A stretch of DNA of 64,000 bases from a virus (Duplodnaviria > Caudoviricetes), in IMG/VR virus record IMGVR_UViG_3300032092_000001. One strand, written 5' to 3'. Position 1 is the first letter of the stretch. Each line of letters opens with the position of its first letter. The notes beneath the pieces are model-generated. The model saw only the letters and a list, made by a program, of their open reading frames with translations. It searched no databases and was not told where the DNA came from. A program made the translations under genes and the position numbers. Shown piece after piece: positions 46,567-57,000 of this stretch.

Positions 46567-49476
46567 TTATGTGTATTGTTCGTTTATTGTACCAAATGTT
46601 ATACTACCGATACTTCCGTTATAAGTACAATTAACATTTGATAATTTAAATGTTACCTGTCCTATGGCAGTTAATGATGGTTGTGTATTAAGAATAAAAC
46701 CAACATTTGTAAAATTATAAGAGTTAATAACACTTTGTACTTGTGTTAAATAATCACTATCACTTGTTGGGAATAGATTATCCTGTGTATAAGTTATTGG
46801 TAATGTAAAGTTAAATGTTGTATTACCAATAGTAAACTCAAAGAAATACTGTCTACTAATAACCGTACTATCACTAAAGTTACCTTGTATTTGAGATAAT
46901 GAAATTAAATTAATTGTATAAATTTTTGGAGAACATGGGGGTGTGATGGTACCAGCAACAACCGCCCCTGGCGTTGTTGTTGACACAATCTGACAACCTC
47001 TTTGCATTCTGTATATAAATTTTTGTCTATGAAAAATTGAATTTTCAAACTTAGTACCTGTGTTCCATATTGCAGATGCCGGCATAAACTGCTCAATAAC
47101 CCTAATCCAATAATCACCAAGTCCGTTAATATATTCAATCATATTTCCATAGTTGAAGTTGTTGTTCTCAATTCCCGTATCTTCGTACATTGTACGGTAC
47201 TTCCAAAAGATGGATTGTAATGTTGGGTAACCGCTAGTTTTACCATCCGATGAAAATTGTCTATTTCTAACATTTATCATGTTTTTCCAAAACCTATTAT
47301 AAAATTCATAGAATGTTTTTATTTGTGGTTTTGGATTTATGTATGTTGAATCAACTCCCCCAACCTGTGGATAAGGTGATGATAAACCAGTTAATGGTAT
47401 TGGGTAGTCCTCAGTTTGTGACATATACCAAACGTCGTAGACTAAAGCCTGTGCGGGATTTAAAAATATTTCAGTATTCTTAACATTTAAAGTTAACCTA
47501 TCATCACTAACACTATAATACGAATCAAATAAATTATCATTATTAATACGCGAATCTGTTTCATTACTCCAACTTTTTCTATTATCTATTTGTTTTTTTA
47601 ATGAAAATCCCAAATCCATATATGGGAAATCCCTATAAAAATCCAAATATTTTTGTCCGTAAGTTGACGGTTCAATTTGAGTCTGTATATCGTAATTTTG
47701 TCCTGTAAAAACACTTAAATTTTCATTAACGATTTGTGGAGCTTGATGTTGTGGTGTTGATTCAAACCAACCTTCACCTTTTTGAAAGAAGTAGTTATCA
47801 TCTTCTGTTAGTTTTATTGGGTATCCATTCTCATCAACAGGAATATCGTCTCTAGTCGTACTAACCTCAATAACTGAAGTTGATGACGTAAACGCCGTAT
47901 ATTGATATCCTTTTAAAATATAAACATTATTTTCGTCTAATATTGGAACTTCAGGGATATAAGTACCTGATGAAATTAACGCAAATTGCTCATCAAACCT
48001 TTCCATATTAATTGGAGCGTCTGCCTTATACACATTTTCATTAAACTCTAATAATGCGTCGGGTACCCCAACAAACTCCATTAAAAAATCAATAGCCTTT
48101 CTTGTACCCTTTGATTTATATAACCAAGCAGAATTAAGTATTAAATTTCTAAAAAATTGGTCGTTTAAATCTTGTATTGTTTGACTTGTTGAGTATGCCG
48201 GAAAAGCATTTTCTGTTGTACCATAAAGTGAAGAAATGTAGTCAACATTACTAATTGGGGAAATGTTAATATTCCATCCCAATGTCTGAGCGACATTAGT
48301 TAAAAGTCCTGATGGAACATCATTTCCAATATTATAATTTATAGAATTAACATTTTTAACACCATCAATATATTGTTTAACTTCATCAAAACTTCTACCA
48401 TATATTTTAAGAACCTTATCAACCTTAGAATCTGAGGTGTCAAATTCTTTAAATGCATTAGTAGTATAAAACCTTGATATTAAATCTGTTGACGAGACAT
48501 CAAACTCTTCCCCAATAGTAACTAATTTAGTTAAATAACCAGTAAATTGTTCGGTTCTAATATCTATATTCCAACTACCATCAAGGGGCCAAGTTAAAGT
48601 CTGATATGATGTAAATATTGTCCCATCATTACCTTCAGTCGGTACTTGGAATGATGCAGTATATATCGGAGTGATATATCTATTTAATAAAAATTCTTGT
48701 ACGTTATCTAACTCTAAATTAAAAATTTCATTTACAATAGTATCATTTGGTCTGAGTATGAAACTATAATCAACGGATATTGCCCCCCCAGTTAAATCAA
48801 ATGGATTACCATTAACCCAAATAGATAAAGTTGATGCTGACATGTCATCCGTCGCAATAATAGCTTCAACGTCATAATATCCCGAGTTATAGACTAATGT
48901 ATAACTTTTATACTTATCTTTGAAATTTCTATAATCAGATACTGAATATGGTAAATTACTAATATTTTCAGTCGCATTATAACTATAATCAATACCGAAC
49001 GGATTTCTAAATAAAAAACAATTCAATATTAATTTAGTAACATCACTATCTTCATCATACTCAACGTCTGTTGCAGTGTACCCTGTTGTTAAGTCGTTAT
49101 AATACTTTGTTGTCTCAATTGCTGCTGGAAAATAGTTTATAATCCCCAACGCAGCGGCCTCCATTCTTTTAGATAACGGACCGTAATTTGTAAAATTTAA
49201 TACGTTAGTTTTATCAAAATTAGGATAGAGTTTGAAATTAGTGTTAAATATACTTTCAGATTTTTCTAAATTTGATATTTGTAAATCTTTTAACGAAATC
49301 GGTTCTGAGAAAACACCGGCTTCAAAATTTCTTACAACTCTAGCAACAACACCTTGTGAAAATTCAAAATTTGCATTAGTTAATCCTCCACCCTGTACTA
49401 ATTGCAGTCCAACCAAATTATTGGCGAATGAACCATCTCCAGATGCACTTTGTGGTGGACACGCATATTTTACCAT
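46567..49476 (-). CDS. Baseplate-associated structural protein (wedge/gp7-like)
   Basis: 969 aa; WLYKSKGTRKAIDFLMEFVG motif; lies in the baseplate block. Confidence 0.55.
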   Translation of the reverse strand: MVKYACPPQSASGDGSFANNLVGLQLVQGGGLTNANFEFSQGVVARVVRNFEAGVFSEPISLKDLQISNLEKSESIFNTNFKLYPNFDKTNVLNFTNYGPLSKRMEAAALGIINYFPAAIETTKYYNDLTTGYTATDVEYDEDSDVTKLILNCFLFRNPFGIDYSYNATENISNLPYSVSDYRNFKDKYKSYTLVYNSGYYDVEAIIATDDMSASTLSIWVNGNPFDLTGGAISVDYSFILRPNDTIVNEIFNLELDNVQEFLLNRYITPIYTASFQVPTEGNDGTIFTSYQTLTWPLDGSWNIDIRTEQFTGYLTKLVTIGEEFDVSSTDLISRFYTTNAFKEFDTSDSKVDKVLKIYGRSFDEVKQYIDGVKNVNSINYNIGNDVPSGLLTNVAQTLGWNINISPISNVDYISSLYGTTENAFPAYSTSQTIQDLNDQFFRNLILNSAWLYKSKGTRKAIDFLMEFVGVPDALLEFNENVYKADAPINMERFDEQFALISSGTYIPEVPILDENNVYILKGYQYTAFTSSTSVIEVSTTRDDIPVDENGYPIKLTEDDNYFFQKGEGWFESTPQHQAPQIVNENLSVFTGQNYDIQTQIEPSTYGQKYLDFYRDFPYMDLGFSLKKQIDNRKSWSNETDSRINNDNLFDSYYSVSDDRLTLNVKNTEIFLNPAQALVYDVWYMSQTEDYPIPLTGLSSPYPQVGGVDSTYINPKPQIKTFYEFYNRFWKNMINVRNRQFSSDGKTSGYPTLQSIFWKYRTMYEDTGIENNNFNYGNMIEYINGLGDYWIRVIEQFMPASAIWNTGTKFENSIFHRQKFIYRMQRGCQIVSTTTPGAVVAGTITPPCSPKIYTINLISLSQIQGNFSDSTVISRQYFFEFTIGNTTFNFTLPITYTQDNLFPTSDSDYLTQVQSVINSYNFTNVGFILNTQPSLTAIGQVTFKLSNVNCTYNGSIGSITFGTINEQYT

Positions 49477-50381
49477 TATCCTATTATATTTTCAAAACTT
49501 TTACCGAAATCAATATTATCCCCTCTATCTTGTCTAACCTCATATAATAAGTTATTAAATTGGTCGCGGATTTCATAAAGATTGTATTGACGGTATATAT
49601 TATTAGTATCGTCATATATGGTATAAATTCCATCATCCATAGACTTAGTTTGATTACCATATAAAGCAATTGCAAGTGTTGACGCATCATGCTCAACAAT
49701 TTCAACTTCAACCATTGTGGGGTTAAAGAATGTGTTAGTTATAATAATATTCTGATTTGCAACCCCAATATATGGAGTAGCATTTGGTTTTGACGATGGT
49801 GATGATGATGGAGTTAGAGTACAGAACATTAGATTTGAAACACTGTCGGTGTAACTATATCTAATTGATTTGACATTAGTATTCGTTAAATTCTGTATTA
49901 CAGGTTCACAAAAAAAGTTTGAGGTTATTACTCTAAAAAAATTAGGTACCTTACTTCCGTCGTCATTTAAATACTCAACTCTAAAACCAACTAATCCCTG
50001 ATTAACAAATTTATTTCTATATTCTTCAGGGACTGTTTGTAAATCAATAATGATTCCTTTAACATTAGGTAGAGCACTTAATACACCACACTCATTAATT
50101 GTAGTCCTAATTTGAGCAGGTCTAATCATTAATGTGTAAATCCCAAGAGCATTAAATTGGTCTGTAGGCAATACTAAATTATAAAGTCCTCCTAAAACCT
50201 CATTAGCATTCCCCCCTGTTGCACCATTATTAAAATATGGTGTAAGGTATTGTAAAGTGTCTAATTTAGTCAAGGTGAAATTGTTACCCGCATCTCTTGA
50301 TGGTGTATAATTAACAATTATCTCCACATCTTGTGGGCTGACATCCGCTAATCGTATCGTTCCGTAATTACCTGTAGCCAA
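49476..50381 (-). CDS. Virion structural protein
   Basis: 301 aa, TTG start, coupled to the next gene. Confidence 0.7.
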   Translation of the reverse strand: MATGNYGTIRLADVSPQDVEIIVNYTPSRDAGNNFTLTKLDTLQYLTPYFNNGATGGNANEVLGGLYNLVLPTDQFNALGIYTLMIRPAQIRTTINECGVLSALPNVKGIIIDLQTVPEEYRNKFVNQGLVGFRVEYLNDDGSKVPNFFRVITSNFFCEPVIQNLTNTNVKSIRYSYTDSVSNLMFCTLTPSSSPSSKPNATPYIGVANQNIIITNTFFNPTMVEVEIVEHDASTLAIALYGNQTKSMDDGIYTIYDDTNNIYRQYNLYEIRDQFNNLLYEVRQDRGDNIDFGKSFENIIG

Positions 50382-50407
50382 AGTTTCTTAGTTTTTATTT
50401 TATTTTT

Positions 50408-50414
50408 ATAAATA
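50408..50414 (-). promoter_or_regulatory. TATTTAT putative late promoter
   Basis: 26 nt upstream of start 50381. Confidence 0.5.
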
Positions 50415-50437
50415 GTTTTAATCACATTTTTTAATAG

Positions 50438-51520
50438 TTATTGACTAATAACATTAAAAAATCCATACCCATAATTAACCAACTCATCAACAGTATCAAC
50501 CTCCCCAATTCTTCTAAAGTTTTCTAAAACAGAGTTCTTACCTCTCTCAATTAATACACTTGAGAATATCTGTGGTTGGTCTATTATATTTAATAATGCC
50601 TCATTTTTTGTAATAGCACTCATAACTAAATCTGAATTAGAAAATCCCGACGAATTAATTGAAAATGTTGTGGTCCCTCCAGTAAAGTCAACATAACTAA
50701 TACCATCAATTTCATAATATATGTAACCATCGGTTGTGATGTTATTAATCTTACCAGTCCCCCCTCCATCAACAGGTAACAATACATTTAATGGAAATTT
50801 ATCCGGCCCATACTGAACTAAATCAAATAATCTTGATTCACTAAATCCTGAAACCACATAAGGGACATCAACAAAATTAGAGGTTACCGCCTGTGAAACT
50901 TCGGTTATTGAGTCACCAGAAAAAATATAATTATACGATGTTGGATTATCAGGGGTTAATGGGAAATTGTTAACAAAGACAACGGTACCTAAAGTATTCT
51001 CAATTGTTATACCGGTAAATGGAACTACAATTGTTTTCTTCACTTTAACAACACCCCAAGTATTTGTCTGAGTTAATGTGATTGTAAATTCTGTTTGAGA
51101 TTCAACCTGATTGTAAGTGTGCATAACATAATTAGGTGAAATCAATTGACTATTAGTGGTTGTATTATCACCCCAATCAATATTATAAATTGACTCCTGA
51201 GTAAAAATTGAATTATTATCAGAAGTGTTATAAAAATAATATGTATACGGAGAAGCTGAGTTAGCACTAAAAACAAAATTAGTGATAATGTTCTGTTGTA
51301 AAATATTACCGTCAAATGTTGAGTAGTATCCAAAATCATGAGAGTCTTGAGTTAACATTATAGGTATAGTTAATCCTGTCAATAATGATGAACCGTTAGG
51401 TCCTCCGCTAAGAACCATTGATAACCCGGAATACACCCCAAAGTTAAACCCATCATAAGTTTCAGGGAAAATGTCCCCTGATAAAACCTCAGGTGATATT
51501 TTTATTTTAAAAGTTTCCAT
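50438..51520 (-). CDS. Virion structural protein (PKD-like segment)
   Basis: 360 aa; IDWGD...HTY. Confidence 0.7.
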   Translation of the reverse strand: METFKIKISPEVLSGDIFPETYDGFNFGVYSGLSMVLSGGPNGSSLLTGLTIPIMLTQDSHDFGYYSTFDGNILQQNIITNFVFSANSASPYTYYFYNTSDNNSIFTQESIYNIDWGDNTTTNSQLISPNYVMHTYNQVESQTEFTITLTQTNTWGVVKVKKTIVVPFTGITIENTLGTVVFVNNFPLTPDNPTSYNYIFSGDSITEVSQAVTSNFVDVPYVVSGFSESRLFDLVQYGPDKFPLNVLLPVDGGGTGKINNITTDGYIYYEIDGISYVDFTGGTTTFSINSSGFSNSDLVMSAITKNEALLNIIDQPQIFSSVLIERGKNSVLENFRRIGEVDTVDELVNYGYGFFNVISQ

Positions 51521-52281
51521 TACGATGTTGGGTTTAAATATTCATACCAAGTAATTGTTTCTTGTTCTTCGTCATTAACAATACCAGTATAGTAATATGT
51601 ATAATTATTAAAATTAAAATTAACTTTATAATAAAGTTCAGAGTCAATAATTCTTTTAGTGTTACTTGACTGATTTAAAAAAGTTACAAACTCTCCAGTC
51701 TTTGAATTAAAAAATTTAGCAGTAATATATAAACTATCTAAATTTAAAATTTGGTATTCCTTAAACCAATACATAAAAAATCCTTCAGATGTGGTATTGT
51801 AATTTAAACTATATGATGGTTTCTTTAGTACGTAAGTTTTATTATTTAAAGTATATTCAAATGTATCCTGATTGTTTTGTAAAACAATTGTTAAGAAATT
51901 TTTTCTCTTAGATTGTTCCATCTTATCGTACAAATCCAATTTAAAAAAAGAATTTTTAAATGATTTGTCATCATTTTTTATATCATTAAATGAGAAATAG
52001 TTTGGATTAATATAATTCTCATCCCAAGTTCCGGTTTCGGGATTGAAAAATTTGAAAACGTGTTTAATAGACGTTATATAGGAATTCGTCGCGCTCACAT
52101 AGATTGGTCTCTTTGTGAATCTAGCAATTTCATAATCTGTCGCAGAACCAACTAATTCTCGTAACACATCCTGAGAATACTCATTTACACTATCCTCTCG
52201 GTTATTATAATCCCAATCTTCAAATAAAGGTATTTGAATTTGATTATTAACACCATCTTTAAGTATTTTTATTCTATTCAC
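51520..52281 (-). CDS. Hypothetical structural protein
   Basis: 253 aa in coupled operon. Confidence 0.7.
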   Translation of the reverse strand: MNRIKILKDGVNNQIQIPLFEDWDYNNREDSVNEYSQDVLRELVGSATDYEIARFTKRPIYVSATNSYITSIKHVFKFFNPETGTWDENYINPNYFSFNDIKNDDKSFKNSFFKLDLYDKMEQSKRKNFLTIVLQNNQDTFEYTLNNKTYVLKKPSYSLNYNTTSEGFFMYWFKEYQILNLDSLYITAKFFNSKTGEFVTFLNQSSNTKRIIDSELYYKVNFNFNNYTYYYTGIVNDEEQETITWYEYLNPTS

Positions 52282-54055
52282 AGTTATCAGTTATTATAAT
52301 ATTTGATGTACTACCTGTTGCAATATTGGTTCCCTCAGGAATAATTCTAAATTGGAAATTATTGTGAGGGTAGTGAGAATTATTTAGATATGGATAATCA
52401 ACACCTCTATCCTCATTGTCAATAAATCCATATGTATAAATGTCTCTCCATATATATTCTTGCGTACTTTTCTTATAAAATGCGTAATTAGGTAAGTCGT
52501 TAATAATTTGTCCGTCACTTTCTTCCACATAATTTGAAAAAACTTTAATTACCATTTTATTATGTGGTTTATAATAGTAACCTAACGGATTAGTAGTTGT
52601 TGTTCCGATATTAAAAACATCAGGATTAAATGTTATCTTATGATAATGTTCTGAAATGACTATCTCATTTTGTTCCAAATCATTCCACTCACAAAAATCT
52701 CCGTCAATTTCATCACCAATATTTAAATCCGAATTATAGTAAAAAATCTTATTACTATATTCAGGAACAGAACTAGCATATGATAAAGTTTGTATTTGTG
52801 TGTTAGAGTTGACGTTACTCCTATCCCACCACCCATTTAGTTGTGGTCCTAAATTAAATTCCCATCCCTTCTTTAGAGCAGTATTAGTATTACCAATTGG
52901 TTTGTTAAACCATCCAAAATAACCACGATTTATAACCGTGAAATATAATTCAGTTATTGGTCTTTTTAAATTATCTAATAACCCATTAATATCAATATCA
53001 TTTAAAAATGATATGTTATAAGATTGACTATCTTCCTTAACTGAAACTCTTGAAACTAAATTTGGAGTTAACTGTTTTGATTCAAATTTTTTAACGACTC
53101 TTAATCCATTTTTTTCAAACCCCGATTTGGTAATAACGGCATCTGTAAAATTTGTTAAAATTTTATGTTTTCTTACATAGTATTTTGACACTCCTTGAAC
53201 TTCTTCCCCAATAACCCTTTTGAATGTTCCCATACCACTATTTTCTAAAATAGTACAATTATATCCAACATCATATACATTGAATATAAATTTTTTACTA
53301 TTACTTAGTCCATTACCAAGACTATATACTTGGAAGTACGTAACTCCATTGCAGGTATTACTTAACTTAACATAATCCCCAACATTTAGGTTATGGTTCA
53401 TCGGACAATCAAATTGTATAATTGGTTTTCCATTTAAGAATCCTCTGGTAAGATAATATGGTATACCATCAGAACAATTCCAATTATATGTTGAGCCGTT
53501 ACTCATCACACATTGCATTGTCTGAGCAGTTGTTGAACTATAAGCGTAAGACAAATGAATATACCAATTGTAGTATGGTGCCAAGTTATCTGAAGCATGT
53601 AAATGAGGTCGGTCACCTCCCAGCTTAGTATATCCATTAACATTCAAATCATTTCTAATTAAAGAAAATTCATTGTATTGAGGATACCCAGCCCAAGATA
53701 TTTGATTACTAACTCCATTACCGGCAGTAAGTTGTAGTTGTTTATACGTTAAAACATCAGTATAATACAACTGATTGTTAAAAGGTTTATAGGGTGTTGA
53801 TGTGGTGTTACCGATAGTTAATCCACTATATGAGTTACTAAATAACCAACTAAATTTACAAGTCGGTCTGAAAATCGTACATTCATTTCTTTCAGTGTCA
53901 AATAACTGTTGTAAATTTAATGTTAGATTTTTATCGGTTTCATCATATTCTTTAATAGTATTAACTAACGGGATTTGTAATCTAAAATCCACATCGTTAG
54001 AACCCTTATATCTGAGCTCACCCTTAATTATTGATATTTGTCCTAAATCACTCAA
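52274..54055 (-). CDS. Hypothetical structural protein
   Basis: 593 aa, N/Y/F-rich, in the baseplate block. Confidence 0.7.
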   Translation of the reverse strand: MSDLGQISIIKGELRYKGSNDVDFRLQIPLVNTIKEYDETDKNLTLNLQQLFDTERNECTIFRPTCKFSWLFSNSYSGLTIGNTTSTPYKPFNNQLYYTDVLTYKQLQLTAGNGVSNQISWAGYPQYNEFSLIRNDLNVNGYTKLGGDRPHLHASDNLAPYYNWYIHLSYAYSSTTAQTMQCVMSNGSTYNWNCSDGIPYYLTRGFLNGKPIIQFDCPMNHNLNVGDYVKLSNTCNGVTYFQVYSLGNGLSNSKKFIFNVYDVGYNCTILENSGMGTFKRVIGEEVQGVSKYYVRKHKILTNFTDAVITKSGFEKNGLRVVKKFESKQLTPNLVSRVSVKEDSQSYNISFLNDIDINGLLDNLKRPITELYFTVINRGYFGWFNKPIGNTNTALKKGWEFNLGPQLNGWWDRSNVNSNTQIQTLSYASSVPEYSNKIFYYNSDLNIGDEIDGDFCEWNDLEQNEIVISEHYHKITFNPDVFNIGTTTTNPLGYYYKPHNKMVIKVFSNYVEESDGQIINDLPNYAFYKKSTQEYIWRDIYTYGFIDNEDRGVDYPYLNNSHYPHNNFQFRIIPEGTNIATGSTSNIIITDNCE

Positions 54056-57000
54056 CTATTGAATTTTCATTTAAATATTTTTTTATGAATACATCTAACG
54101 CAGATTTTCCTTTAACTAACCCAAAGTAAAAATGGAATGGAGAACCTGCTATAAAATAATTACTAAAGTCACTGTTTGTTGGTATCTGATATGTCGTACC
54201 CCCAGTTGTATTAAAATTAATAATATAATTCTGAGCATAATTTGTTTTATTATTTACAATATTTGATTGGAAGTATCTACTTGTAGGATTTAACCTATCC
54301 ATAGTTTGGTATCCATTACTTTGGAATTGATTTGGATATACCGGTGAAGAGCTCCCAAATTTATCAGTATACCAATCATTTTTTTGAGTACCAAAAATTG
54401 TTGTCGGTTGTAATTCTCCTGAACTATTAAAATCAGAAATTTTCCAATTATAAAAAGGAACTACTTGTGTTTTAACAGGTATTTGAGTAAAGTCATAATC
54501 ATTGTTAACAGGGAATGAAGAATTTTGATTCCATATAGTTCTTCTTGGAGTAATATAATCCCTATCTTGGGTATTACCTGTAAAGAAAATTCCAAACATT
54601 GCAAACCCATCATACACTCCTTGATTACTAAATCCAAAATATACAGTATCCCCAGGATAATTTTCAGGTGAGAATTCAGTCATTCCAAACTCAGAATTAA
54701 TTGACAACATCTGAGATAAATCCCCATCAACTGACTGAGGAATTAATAAGTCAAGGTTTGAAGGGTTTTTAAACCATCTTGTATTTTGGAAAAGGGATTG
54801 TACTCCTGCATCGTTATCACCTTCATTCGGGTCATCACTTTGGGGGACAATTAATTTAGATAAAGTAGGACTTGTAATCCTACTTAATATAAACATATTC
54901 ATTACCTGAGTAATTCCCTGATATGTGGTAGATTTCAATCTATCCATAATATATCCATCATAGTCATCACTAAACACCAATTCTTGTGTATAAATAACTT
55001 TAGGTCCTAAATCTAATATTGTAGTCGGTGAACCAAGTAATCTTACATTACCTGTTTCATATGAATTACCAACAGGATTAGGTTTACCAATAAATTTACC
55101 ATTATTAATTGTATTAGTGTCCGTCATGTATGGACTACTACGATAGTAGAATGTGTTTGAATAGTCATTAAGATATACAACATCTTTACAATACTCACTA
55201 AATGGTTGATTTGAAGTATTAAAAAATCTATTGTTTTTAAATGCGTACATGTAAAGGGCACCATTTATATATTGGTTTGAGAATGTGTGAGAAAACACAT
55301 CCAAACAAACCGCCAAATTCATTTTTAATCTAGCAGCCCACTCTTTAATACTTTCAATATCAGGTCTAAAACTGTCAAATGGGGATGAAACTAAATTATA
55401 ACATCCGGTACCGTACTTAAATTTAACAACATTACCATAAGACATAAGTTGTTGACAATTTGGGGATATTATCGGTACATTATTTGTAGTATCAAAACTA
55501 TAACATCCTTGTAATACTGCATAATTACAATCTTGTACCGATTTTAACACCCCCTCATATTCAGGTGCCAGTAATTGATTGGATTCGGGAGGAGTGACCT
55601 CAATTTGAGTAACATTAGACAATGGTATAATTTCATTATCCGAAGAAATTTTAAAAACTGTAAAATTTGGATTTTGATGCAAAAAAGAACTATTAGCCCC
55701 AAATTTTGTCATGTTGGTTGAGCTTGGTAACCTATCAGTTCTGACAACAATGTATCTACTATCTGAGAAATTTAATGGGTACGTACTGTAAGAAATGTCT
55801 GTCGGGTCCTCAGGCGCAAAATAGTCAAAACTAAACATCTGAGAACCTCTCCTTCCATCTAAAATATCCCAATTAGTTGGTGCCCATTTATTAATATACT
55901 TCCCTGTTGGGTAAGTCGTAAATGGAAACTCTCCATCAGGATACGAAACATTAGGGCTAGTTATCAATGCATAATATTGAGTTGTTTCATGTGTAGATTC
56001 AAAAATTTCAGCCCCTTCAACTACCTCATTAGGTAAATAATTGCTTGTAAAAAATCTGTCAGTCCAAGAATATGTTGACAAGTTATATGCCGAAGATAAC
56101 TCATTAAGTCCAAAATATTTATAGGGTCCAGTCCAAGCGTATATATCAGTAAAATATTTCCTATAAAAATTATTATTAGATATTGTTAAATTTTTAGTCG
56201 TTGTTGAATAGTAAGACGGTGTTGGGTAAAACCCCGTATTTACAGGTGTAGAATCTTGTCCACTAGCCCATAGACGATTATATACTTGTTCTCTATATTG
56301 GTTTAATAAACCTACAATACTATCATTTTGAGAACCCAAATCTGCCTGCCAATTTAAATTCGCATATGATTCAAAAATCGCAGGACCAACCCCCGAGTAA
56401 TATTTATGCATGTGAGATTTAAATGGTTGGAAGCTGTTTTGACCTAAATTTTTATATTCAAACAAATAACTCTTATAAAAAATTGAACTTTTAGTTGTTT
56501 TGTCATACCCACCTTGTGTTGCGTCATTATTTGAAAATAGGTAGTGATTTGAAGAGCTAATTGAGTTTGACCCCACAGTTGAGTAAGATGCCTGTATTGG
56601 AATATTCATCTTAAATTGTCCCTTAATAATATACTTAACATTAGGGTCAGGAGCACTCGGCACAGTATTTTCATTCCAACTATATTGCCATTTACCAAAA
56701 AGTCGTGACAAATCAATTTTCATATCAATGCTAGGTGAATGAATATCAACCCCTCTCATCAATATTAAAATTCTTTTATTTTTATAATTTACATCTTGAT
56801 TAGGTGTGACAGTACCAATATATTGATTAGTCCAAATAGGAGGTAATACACTTGTTTGATATCCCGTATCCTTAGACCACATAATAACCTGATGTTTATT
56901 TGTAAAACTATTTGATACTTCAGGATTGTTATTGTTATTAGTATTGTTTTGGTTTAAAAACATATACATATCACCATTAGATAATGCATCTTTAACTTGT